From Paraspadella gotoi (taxonomy: Eukaryota > Animalia > Chaetognatha), in NCBI GenBank assembly GCA_051294375.1, contig CM119268.1, positions 14,935,897 to 14,999,896 of the forward strand: a DNA stretch of 64,000 nt, given 5' to 3'. Within the stretch, counting starts at the first letter, position 1. Every line of letters starts with the position of its first letter. The notes beneath the pieces are model-generated. The model was not told where the DNA came from and did no database searches. It saw only the letters and a program-made list of their open reading frames with translations. A program made the translations under genes and the position numbers. Positions 1 to 11,637 of this stretch are shown in pieces.

Positions 1-239
1 AAAAAATGAACATTTCCGATAATTTATGATCATAGAGCGAATCTGTGATAGCAAATATCCTGATTAAATGCAAATTTCTACGGCATTTTTGTTGGTACCT
101 GTTATTTTTTTTTTTCGGGTTCCGGGGTTGATTGGTTGGAATCTTTGGTTCACCATTTTTTTTTTAAATCTCCAACTAGCTTGATCATTTCTCGTATTTG
201 TTTTTCTTTTCCAGCGAAGAGAAAAAACAAATAACAATA

Positions 240-754
240 ATGGAAGGTGACTTTTACCTTCGTTACTACGTGGGTCATAGGGAAAGTTCGGCCACGAGTT
301 TCTCGAATTCGGTTTCGTCCCCGACGGGAAACCTTCGCTACGCCAACAACTCTAACTACAAGAACGACACCATGATTCGGAAAGAGCCTGCTGCAATCAA
401 GGCCGTCATGCAGGAACTTAAAAGGTACTCGGTATTCTGTTTTAATTATTAGTTAAAATTATTTGATTACTATGGATTATTTTAATACGTTATCAGAATT
501 ATCGACGATCGGAAATCACCAAGGAAGACCGATTCCTTGTGGGCCACCTCCCGACCGAGTGGGTCGTCCAAGAGTTGGAGATCGTTTTGGCGGCGAGGAA
601 CACATTCCTTCACCACCTCGAAGATTTGGCTCCCTCGTCGACGTCAACAACTCCAAGGATCCGGAAGGACTCAGAACCTTCTATTATCTGGTTCAAGATC
701 TCAAGTGTTTTGTCTTTTCCCTCATCGACTTCATTTCAAATAAAGCCCATCTAA
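240..754 (+). pseudogene. mago: Frameshifted copy of mago nashi (likely assembly artefact)
   Basis: Near-identical to 10883-11394, including the intron, but with many 1-bp indels that break the frame ([13 protein letters not shown]...; [18 protein letters not shown]). Confidence 0.8.
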
Positions 755-993
755 TTGCAACGCGGATTCGCCTTTCCCCGATTTTTAAATTAGTTTTCAT
801 TTTCAACTTTTGTTTTTTGTCTAAAAAAAAGCATTCCTTCGTCTGCTTTGCTCAAATTTTCCTCTTTATTTTTTTCATATAGGACGTTTTGAAAAAATGA
901 TTAAAAAGGCAAGAAAGAAATTTAGATGACATAAATTCCAATGGTTCATAGAAAATATAGCGGCTGTTGTTTTCACGGAAAAAAAAACTTGAA

Positions 994-1389
994 ATGGATT
1001 TCTCGATTCCCGACCTCAACTCATTGTCAAGGTCCACGGGTCCTTATGCATCGGACCGCGACTGGAGGAGACACACGTTTCTTCCATCGCGCAATGCGTG
1101 GGTCGACATCGGCGACGAACGAGTTCGTCACACTCAAAATGCTACAGTTGATGGAGACGGAAGAAGGCGGGGTGCTACAACAGGAACTGCCAACAGGCCA
1201 AGTCGATGCTGTACAAACGAGCACCGGCTGTATCTCTGCTGAAGGGCAATCCGGAGTCATCGGGCTAAGGTACGATGGTGAGACTCATCCTGAGTATTTT
1301 TCTTTTGCTTCCCCTTAAAATTAAATAATAATTATAATAATTATTATTATTTTTATTATTATTATAATTATCTTTTCCTTTTTAGAGAT
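994..1389 (+). pseudogene. STK40: Frameshifted partial copy of STK40 exon 1 and intron 1
   Basis: Matches 11638-12034 with indels and stops at the 25-N gap. Confidence 0.75.
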
Positions 1390-1414
1390 NNNNNNNNNNN
1401 NNNNNNNNNNNNNN
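1390..1414. other. Assembly gap (25 N)
   Basis: Run of N. Other gaps are at 4830-4854 (25 N), 34651-34660 and 53756-53765 (10 N each). Confidence 1.
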
Positions 1415-4400
1415 TAAAAATTATTGCTTAAATCAAAACTTATATAACTTATATAACTTAAATCATAGGTTTGTACGTATTATTTATATTTTTAGGTATG
1501 TCTACCCAGTCATTTTCAATTTTAATTTGATTGAAATTTGATCTAGACTAAGACTTGTTCTCTCCGCCTCACACAAGGACAAAACTATGAGGAAAATATT
1601 TGTTAAAATATATAAATATAATATATATATATATTTTATAATATATTGGTTGTATTTGTTATATTTCATAAATATTTTGTAAAATTCAAAAATAAAATTC
1701 AAGTTTTCGTTAATTTCAATAAATTTTCCGTGCATAAAAATTCACTGTTCAATATTATTATATTTCTTTTTATTTTTTGAACGTTATAAGTTTCATATGT
1801 TTGATTATCTAATATCATGCAACAATCTTTTGTTTTTAGATATGACTGAATATAGGGTGAAATTGATAAAATTTTTTAAAAAGTTACTTATTCATATTTA
1901 TTCATAGAACTCTAATGAGAAAAAAAATAAAAAAAAATAATAGTACTAATAGTTAAAGTTATGTCTTCAAAATTGATGGAAAAAAAATCTCATTTAATAG
2001 ATTAAAGATCGAATGGGGGTAACTAAGGGCTTACCAATGGCATCCTCCATACCGATTGTTTCTCTCAATTAATGTTTTTTATTTAATACAATTTGAAGAG
2101 GGAAAAAAAGAAAAATTTAGAAATGCAGGTTGCAGAAAGGGTAAGATAATGCTGAACTTATGTGACATGGATAACCATGACTTTATATCTTGTGAAATAG
2201 GGGCAAGTAGAATCTAAATAATGTTTATCATTAAGTCAGTCGATCGAACCCTTTCCAATGGTATTACGAGAAAATATTTTTCTTAATTAAAATGGGATGA
2301 TAAATAATAGAATTAAAATTCCTTGCTAATAATTTAAAAAAAAATATCAATACAATTTAACACAATGAATGTTTTGCTTTGTCAAATATGTTTACCAAGC
2401 TATATAATTTTTTAGCAACCTTTTAATGATAAACAAGCAGTGTGTCAAGCTTTGTAGTTTGCAGTTAAGATAATGGAAAATGACGATTTTTTTTTTCAAC
2501 AGAGCAAGAAGGTAGATGTCCAGATCTGTTTTATTATCAAGCTGAAAACATTTTTGTATTTATCATTTTAATTATGTAAAAATGCATTTATCAAAGCTAA
2601 AACATAAATTTTGTGCTTGTTTTTTTAGCTTAACTGAAAAAGATAATAAGCAATTTGTATGGAATAAAAAAAATTTAATAATAAAGCAAAAGTGTATTCA
2701 GTCTTTCCTTTTTAATACAAAGAAAAAGAAAATTTTTATATGCCTTCATAAAATTTTTAAAGGCAAAAAACTGTTATAAAACGGCTTTTAATCTCTGATT
2801 TAAACACAAAGCTGTGTAAAGATTTATAGATTTTAATGTTAATAAATACTCTTTTTAGAAAGGTGTCCCATGGATTAAGGCTTTAATTTGAATACCACAT
2901 CCAGCCTTGCTACCCTGCTTTTCTTCAAAAGTTATTTAAAAGAATAATGCTTTTTTTAATTACGCAGTACAAATCTTGTTAAATAAAATTTCGCAAAGCG
3001 GGAGTATCTCAACTTATTTCTATTGGTAAAATACTTAATTTCAAAATAAAGACTTGAAAGAAAATTTTTTTTTGTCATTTAGAGACATATATCACTTTCG
3101 CCAGATGTACCCATCGTAATAATAATGTTTATTTAATTTATTTCCCCCAAAAAAGCCTAATTAGGAGAAAAAGGTTGAAATATTTTTCAAAATTGTTGGA
3201 AAAAAATTTGCGTCCGACCTCATGCTCATTGAGAATAATGGTTTTGCATAGAAAATCAAAATATCAAAAAGAATTAAAAAAATCAGCCGTCTTAAGGAAA
3301 ATCGAAATGGGGGCCTAGAGGCTGATTTTTTTAGAATTGGCAGAAATTGTTTTCGCTGACTCATAATCCATTATTCTTCGGAAGTTTCAAAATATTTTTT
3401 CCTCAAAATCATTCACTCGATTTTTTTTTATTAATTATAAATGTTTTTAATGATTGTTGTTTTGTTTTGAAAGAATTGAAAAAAAGTGAAAAATAGTAGT
3501 AATTATATAAGGTTTTTGAAAATACCTTGGAAATATTTAAATTAATGTAGAGCACAAGGGGAGTGAGCAGAGAAAACTGTCCCATTCATAAAGAAAAATT
3601 GAAAATGAATTTGTGCATATTGTTATTGTTAGATTAGAATTGACTAATTACAAATAAATGACTTCATATACCATTGGAGGAAAAGTGAATAGGGTAAAAA
3701 TATTCATCTTGGTCTTGGTTTTAACTATTAGGTCTTAGTCGTTCAAAGTTGTTGTTTTTAAATAATTTAATTATAATTTGTTTTTTTGCATTTTATGAAA
3801 AGCAATGATGCCAAAAATTTTTGTAAAGGCGTTTCGAGCTAATAATTGCTTCATCTTTTTTTAAGGCTATTTTGATCTAGTGTAGCTTTTGTATGTTGAT
3901 GGTCAAGGGGTTATGGTCACGACACAGTAATGTCCGCAGTAGGTGGTATGATCGCACATATTACGCAAAAAGTAATGAATCAGAATTAATTTGGCTCGAG
4001 AAACAGATTTTAAAGGGAACAAAATGCAACACGAAGAGGACCGTATTACGCGACGTTATTGTTTCATTAGTGTACATACGTATTTTTAAAATGATTTAAA
4101 ACTTCTGTTATGTCACTCCACACACGACTGTTTTTGACTATCACTACCTAAGTGAAACCTTGTGAAACCGAATTAGTAATTAGCACGCCTAACATAATGA
4201 AGTTTCCCATTAAAGTTTTCATAATGTACATGAAATGATATTTTGTTCGACATCTTCGTTGCTGTATCTGAAAAAATATTTGTTTTGAATGGTATTATGG
4301 AAGACGGTGAAAGGTAAAATTTTTTTTTTTTTTCTGAAATAAAAGAGCAATTTGACAATTAAGAACAATAAGAAGATTAAACGATTTGAAACAATATGAC

Positions 4401-4854
4401 ATTTAAACAATAAATGGGTATTGAGCAAGACTAATTGCACTAATGCAACTAAAAATAAAATTCAAACAATTAAGGATCATTGCAGACATTGCAAATTGGA
4501 AAAGTATTAAGTATATCAATGAAATCATGAGTGAATATTATCATTATGGTTCCTAACCTTTACACTATGCCAATTGCCATTTGTAAAAGGTTGTAAGACT
4601 AAGAAACGGTATTCATTATAGTCATTATACTAAATGTCTTTCCTTCATCTGTGTCGTAATTACTTGACTTGGGAGATCTTTTTACAATTTCAGAAACTAT
4701 CACAAAATAGCAGGTCATTAAATTGATTTACTTTTCAATTTTATTTATATATTTATTATTTGTTTAAATGAAATTTTTCATTTTCATTGGTGGTGTATGA
4801 AAAAGAATACGACTTAATGAAGATTAAGANNNNNNNNNNNNNNNNNNNNNNNNN

Positions 4855-5038
4855 GAATTAAGTGAAATTGATTGTTTTGCTGATAGACAACGAATTTGTT
4901 TTATTTTCAAAGTGAAAAACGTACTTTATTAGTTTGCGCTGATGAAGGCTAGCATATTAGTTAAAATATGTACTTTTTCTCCTTGAAAATAAAAAAAATT
5001 CATTATCTGTCAGCAAAACAAACAATTTAACTTAATTC
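4855..5038. mobile_element. Inverted repeat with degenerate hammerhead core; probable old Penelope-like pLTR
   Basis: Imperfect arms of about 70 bp (GAATTAAGTGAAATTG... / ...CAATTTAACTTAATTC). The centre is CTGATGA-A-GGCTA-GCATAT-TAGTT-AAAATATGTAC, a decayed version of CTGATGA-stem-GAAACATGT. Confidence 0.55.
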
Positions 5039-5162
5039 TAATTTTAAACGCAATGAAACGATAAGCTCGAAATAACAATGACGTAATAAAAACAATATTA
5101 TACGTTCAGGGCGAATTGAAATTAACTGTAAACAGTTGTCTACAGTGGGAAAGGATAAATTA

Positions 5163-5360
5163 TGGCTAAAATTTTACTTTCGCCGACCGGAGTTTTTTAA
5201 AAAAAATATTTAAAAATATGTATTTTTTAAAATTATTACCTAATTAATTAGGTAATAATTTTTTAAGTAGTTAGTAACCACCCCTAACCTTAAACTACCC
5301 CTAAACAACCTTTAACCCTAACCCCCCCTAACCTCGGTCGGCGAAAGTAAAATTATGCCA
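5163..5360. mobile_element. Small TIR element with internal palindrome and telomere-like CCCTAA repeats
   Basis: Perfect 20-bp IR AATTTTACTTTCGCCGACCG (5170-5189 / 5335-5354), a 34-bp palindrome at 5229-5262, and degenerate CCCTAAC units at about 5276-5334. Confidence 0.65.
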
Positions 5361-5906
5361 AATTAGGTACCAAAGAATGAACAAAAAATTATAATTGTCA
5401 ATGTAGAAAAGATGTTTTTTTGAAATTTAGCTGGAGCCAAGTCTCTGTTTATTAGCAAATTAGCTTATTTCCTCTCTGCAGCGCTACTGAAGACACTTTA
5501 AAAAGAAAAAACTATAAATTATAAATGCAAAATTAAAACTAAGCGTTTTGGAATGGCAGTTATTTACACAAGTATAATACCCTAGTCTTATCTGCACTGT
5601 AGACTACAGACTACAGTACAGCTTTATTTCGAAAGCGATGAACAAAAGAACATTTAATCATGGTACTTTGGTTCGCAAGGAGGCGTTAGTTTTCGCATTC
5701 TCTTCTTGAAAAGTTTTGCCAAAACAACAAAGACGAAAGGAGCAGAACAGAAATTTTGCTAGCTAAATTAAAGGTTGCTAAAAAAATGTGTAACATCATG
5801 ATCAGGAAATGAATTTGCTCAACCCAACTTCTTTCTGGCGAACAAACTCATAAAAGTCGACATGGATTTCGGAACCAAAAACTTGTAAACTGTTGGCGTC
5901 GGTGTC

Positions 5907-8900
5907 ATGTTTAACGCGGACGATGACGACGATTTCGGTGTTACTCGTGGCGGAGGCAAGTTGGCGTCAATCTTCGGTGCCGGCAAAGTGGCCGATTCCG
6001 ATGCAAGTTCGAGCCTCCGTTACAACGCGCCGAAGCAGCCAAAGCCTCGAACTGCTGCCTCCGCCCCCTCTGGCCGTTCAGCACCTTCTGGAGGCGTCGT
6101 GACAGCCGCTAGAGTCAACGCCTTTCGCCACGTCGATGGGGGAGGCCACGTAAATGAGGGTCAACTCGGCGCCGCGCTGGTCGCGTCGGCTGAGAACCGA
6201 ATCGACTTGATCCTCTACAAATCAAATAAACAAACGGTGGCCGTGTCGCCCGTCTCCGCCGACGGACCGACCCTGACCATTCGCGATGGAATCTACGTTC
6301 AATTCGCCGACACCACCGCCGTATCCTGGTCGCTCGGCTTTGACGCCGCGGTCGAGGCGGCGCGCTTTTGTGCCAACGTGGCTCTCTCTCGCGCACTGTA
6401 CGCTGATGGACCGGAAATAACGTCGCTTCGCATAATGGACGTGACTCCAGGGGAGGGCGCCGCCGTGACAGATGCCGACGGTGTAGAGGTGAAGTACACC
6501 GGTTGGGCTGTGGAGGGGCCGACGTTGGCGGCGAAACCATTCGACTCGAACATCGAGAAGGAATCCGCCTTTCGCGTGAAAGTCATTCGTCAAGCGTCAA
6601 TTATTCCCGGGTGGATCAAAGGATTGGTGGGCCTCCGTCGCGGCGCCCAGCGTTTTCTCGTCATTCCGGCGTCGCTTGGTTATGGGAAGCGAGGAAGCGG
6701 CGACGGTCGGATTGCGCCCGACACGCCCTTGGTTTTCCATATAAGGGCGCTCAGAGTTAAAGTCAATAAAGATTCAGTGAAAAGTCGCACCAACAGCCTC
6801 CTACAACATCAACCAGAGCCTACTATTTCGCTCACTGAAGCGGATTACGCCCTTGGCGAGGATGATGACGCCTTGTCGAGCGTGTCTGAGCGTGGCTCAA
6901 CGGTATCTCTGGAAGAAGGAGGCAAAAAAAGCCTTTTGTCTAGAATGGCGCGAATGGGACAAGCCATTCTTCCCCCGCCAACGGCAACCTCTACCGCAGC
7001 GCCCGAGGTAGAAGAAAGGACAACTCATGACTTGGTGCCCGATATTCCAAAGGAACCCGAGTCAGTGGCGTCCGGCGTTATCGATGGTTTTCCGCCAGTG
7101 ATGATCATGACGCCGCAGGGTCTCGTCCGGGCACCTTTTAGTGCGGCGGCCACAGTCAATGCCCCTATCAACACTTTCCCAGCCACATTTCCTCCTGTTA
7201 ATTCAACCTTGCCTCCTGCTTCCACTCAAGCTTTGGCTCCATATCAGCCACCAATTTCCTCGGTTCTGTATGGCTCCGCCTATTCCATGGGACCACAGGT
7301 TGTCGCCAATCCAGCGCCGGAGACTACAACGCCGCCAACAACGGCATCTACTGTCGACTCTCAACTAGCGCCAATACTCATCTCCGAGACGCGACAGCAA
7401 AATACAGAAGTTCGAATGTCGCTAGCCAAAGTCCTTGATAAGATCGAGGAGGTTGGGCGAGCTGTGACTGCCTTGGAGAAAAGAAGCTTGGCTCCCACCA
7501 ATGACGTTGCCGGTTCTGTGAACGTCGTCGAAGCTAATGTCCTTCAGCTCAGCATCAACCGAATCGTGGAGGAAAATTCGGCCGTCAAAGAGGCGTTGTT
7601 TGCAAAGTCAAAAAAAGTTGAGGAGCTGAACAAAAAAATCGGAGAGATATTGCTGGAAAACCAGAGTTTTGTTGAGAAAAGTCACGAGCGGTTAGCGGCG
7701 AGAAATTCGAGTTTAGCCTCATCCTCGGCTGATGCCCAATCCCGGGTCTTGGAGTTAGAGAGGGAGAGGCTGGACTTGACACAAAAGTTAAGTGAGACAG
7801 TGGCCGAGTTGGCTGATTCGCGGCGGGCGTTGGCTGATGCGGAGGCGGCACTGACGAATAATTTGGGCGCGGCGGAAGAGTCGCGGTTCAAGTTGGTCGA
7901 GGTAGAGAAGAAGTTGGTGACGATGGCAGAATCTGAGAGAGCAGCGGCGGCTAAGGCCCTATCTGCAAGTGAACGTGCCAAGCTGGCGGAGAAAGAGGCC
8001 AAAGTCACTGTTGAAAAGCTTTCAGTTGTTGAGGAGGAGCTTGCTGAAACGCGGGCGTCGCATGAACGTCTTAAGGCCGTCCATGCTGAACAAAAGGACA
8101 AGTGGGAGCGTGAACTGAGTGCAGCCGAGAAAGAAGTGGAGGAGACGAAGAAGCGGCGCGACGAGGCCATCGAAGAGTTGAAGTCAAGGATCCGCAAAGA
8201 AAGGAGCGATACAGACAGCGCCGCTTCGCACCAGATCGCCGAAGCGGAGAAACAACTTGAAGAGGAGTTTCGCGAAAGGGCGCGTCGTAGGGAAGATCAG
8301 ATGAGGGAAAAATTCGAGGGAGAGCGCCGCGAGATGAGGGAAGAGGCAAAGGCGAGGGAGGAGACTTTAGAGGCCGCGAGGAGAAAAATGGCTCAGCTAA
8401 AGGAGGCGCTGATTGCGCAGAGGAGTGAAAATCAGCGGCTGGTCGACGAGGCGGAAGATATTCGGGCATGGCAAGAGAAATACAAGAAGCTGTACTCTAA
8501 CGTCGGCATACTGAAGCAGAGGTTTGAAGAAAAGTTAGCCGAAGGAGAAGGAGAGAGAGAAGCGCTGGAGAAAAATATTAAAGAGTTAAAAAAAGCGTTG
8601 AAGACGCTGAAAGTCGAGTCGACGGCCGCGGTTTCGCCCGACTTCTCTTCGCGCGTCAAAAAGATTTTGAACCGAACTTATCACGAGTTGAAGCAAGAGG
8701 TAGATCCAACCCAAACTTATACTGGTGAAGTGGTGCATCGGATGTTGTTGGAAACGATCAAGAGGGTGACTTTAGCGTCCTTAGACGGTGCGACGGATGT
8801 CCGATCTCAAAGGTCTCCTGTCAAAAGAGAGGTGAATATCAAGGAGTTGGAACAGGCTGACCAATCGGCAGAAGATTTTGCAAACGCTTCACAGGTCCAG

Positions 8901-10620
8901 TCTCACCGAGAGGACAATATGAGAGCAGTTGGTGTCGCCAAAGCCGCCGCTTATGTGGATTCGTTGAAGCAGGAAGGGGCGATGAAAAGAGGAAGTTTTT
9001 CCAGTGAGGGTTCCTTCGAGACAGCTGTAGTGGAAACAGATGGTGTCGTCGACCCCGCCCTGTCGCCGCGCGGTCTCAAACCATCAGCCTTGTCCACATT
9101 TAGGAAAGACGAAAAAGATGGGAGCGCCGAACAAAAAGTAGAAAGCATCAAAGTCATTCCTAGTCCGAGACAGGAAAACCAACTGACAGAAGAAGAATCA
9201 AATGGAAAAGTCGTCGAACCTGAGTCAATATTGATCGTTGATTGTGAAAAAGCGACGAGAGATTCAGAATTAGAACGAGAACAAAAAACAATAGTCGCGG
9301 CAAATGTCAAAACTCATGAAGAGCCAATGAAAGATTTAGCAAAAGATGAACAAAAGATGGAAGATTTATCAAAACATGAACAAAGGCTGGAAGATTTTGC
9401 AAACGACGAACGAAGGCTGAAAGATTCCTCTGAAGACAAGCAAAGTTTGGAAGATTACGCCAAAGAAAAGCAAATGCTGGAAGCGTCCGCAATCAAAGAA
9501 TCAAGTCTTGAAGAAGCCGTGCTTGAAAATCCGAAAAGCATTGAATCTTCAGTTTCTTCCTGGGACGTCATCGAAGAAAAGGTGGCCGAACAGTTTGGAG
9601 CGGGAAAGGAAACGAAAGAGGAAAACGAGGAACTGAAGAACACGGAGGACTCGAGAGAAAATGAGAAATCGAAAAATATGGAGCTGGAGAATGCGCCGAC
9701 TCATAATGAGGAGGAAATTTCGAACTTTTCTGTGGGCAAGCAGCAGAAGTCGGAAGAAAACATGAGCCAAAAGGAGCTTGTAGAATACGATCCCGTAATT
9801 TACGGAACTGACAACAACGAGATAGAGAAGGATATAGCGGGTGTCGAGTTCATCCGAAAGACGGAGAATTTAGACGATGACAAAGAGGAAGATTTACCTC
9901 CTTTGCCTCCTATTCCGGAATCGGGAGCACCAGACATTATTGAAAGCAACCATCCAATATTTCCAGAGGATCAGTCAAAAAGTGAGCCAATGCAACATAA
10001 GGAATCGATCGGAAAGATTGACGAGAAAGATGGCCTTGACTTGTTTCTTTCGCCATCGATTCCCGATCTCGTTTCTTCCACGAGCTCCGAACAAAAGGAG
10101 CCAATACTCCCGATGCCTCCGCTACGACTGCCCGACCCGATGACCGATTCAGTGCCAGTTTTAAACGAAAACCCGCTCGAAAAATCTTTAGATTCGTCGG
10201 CTTTGTTCGAGGGCGGAAAAACCAAAGCAGCATCAATCGGATCCAATCAAAAACGGTGAGGACTGAGGAGTAAAATAAAAATAAAGATAAAATAAAAATC
10301 GAGATTTCTTTTTAAAAAGTGACGTTTTAAAAAGTTTGTTAAATTTAAATTTTTTACGTCGTTTCTTCTTTTGCAGTTCGCTTCCGGGATCGTTATTTGG
10401 CGCCAGCGATGATGACGACGACGCCGAACTCTTTTTCGGCGGCACCAAGTCACGTTCGTCAACAAACGCTTCCACAGAATCCGCGGACGGCAAAGCAGGC
10501 GCTTCTTCTTCCAAGAGCGAAGTGACGTTCGCGGATAATGCCGTCGTCAAATCGCAGCCTCCTCCTTTGCTCTTCGACGACGATGACGACGACGATGACT
10601 TGGATTGGCTGAAGCGTTAG
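5907..10620 (+). CDS. FKBP15: FK506-binding protein 15 (FKBP15/WAFL); exons 5907-10255, 10377-10620
   Basis: N-terminus MFNADDDDDF..GGGKLASIFG; FKBP domain (VEVKYTGW..FDSN..IIPGWIKGLVG..RFLVIPASLGYG); long coiled coil; acidic C-terminus LFDDDDDDDDLDWLKR; phase-2 GT-AG intron. Confidence 0.9.
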
Positions 10621-10882
10621 AAAAAAAAAGTTTTAAAAAAATGAAACATTCCGATAATTTATGATCAATAGAGCGAATCTGTGATAAGCAAATATCCTGA
10701 TTAAATGCAAATTTCTACGGCATTTTTGTTGGTACCTGTTATTTTTTTTTTTTTCGGTTCCCGGGGTTGATTGGTTGGAATCTTTGGTTCACCATTTTTT
10801 TTTTTAAATCTCCAACTAGCTTGATCATTTCTCGTAATTTTTTTTTCTTTTCCAGCGAAGAGAAACCAAACAAATAACAATA

Positions 10883-11394
10883 ATGGAGGGTGACTTTTAC
10901 CTTCGTTACTACGTGGGTCATAAGGGAAAGTTCGGCCACGAGTTTCTCGAATTCGAGTTTCGTCCCGACGGGAAACTTCGCTACGCCAACAACTCTAACT
11001 ACAAGAACGACACCATGATTCGGAAAGAAGCCTGCGTGCACAAGGCCGTCATGCAGGAACTTAAAAGGTACTCGGTATTCTGTTTAATTATTTAGTTAAA
11101 ATTATTTGATTACTATGGATTATTTTATACGTTATCAGAATTATCGACGATTCGGAAATCACCAAGGAAGACGATTCCTTGTGGCCACCTCCCGACCGAG
11201 TGGGTCGTCAAGAGTTGGAGATCGTTTGCGGCGAGGAACACATCTCCTTCACCACCTCGAAGATTGGCTCCCTCGTCGACGTCAACAACTCCAAGGATCC
11301 GGAAGGACTCAGAACCTTCTATTATCTGGTTCAAGATCTCAAGTGTTTGGTCTTTTCCCTCATCGGACTTCATTTCAAAATAAAGCCCATCTAA
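10883..11394 (+). CDS. mago: Mago nashi, exon junction complex core; exons 10883-11067, 11139-11394
   Basis: [46 protein letters not shown] ... [14 protein letters not shown] ... [11 protein letters not shown]; the splice keeps the frame. Confidence 0.98.
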
Positions 11395-11637
11395 TTGCAA
11401 CGGATCGCCTTTCCCCGCATTTTTAAATTTAGTTATTCATTTTCAACTTTTGTTTTTTGTCTAAAAAAAGCATTCCTTCGTCTGCTTTGACTCAAAATTT
11501 TCCTCTTTATTTTTTTCATATAGACGTTTTGAAAAAATGATTAAAAAAGGCAAAGAAACGAAATTTAATGACATAAATTCCAATGGTTCATAGAAAATAT
11601 AGCGGCCTGTTGTTTTCACGGGAAAAAAAAACTTGAA

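Noticed and set aside
1415-4829. AT-rich contig between two gaps with scattered splice-like sites and short ORFs
   Set aside because: No coherent frame or recognisable motif; probably decayed repeats, and its placement is uncertain.
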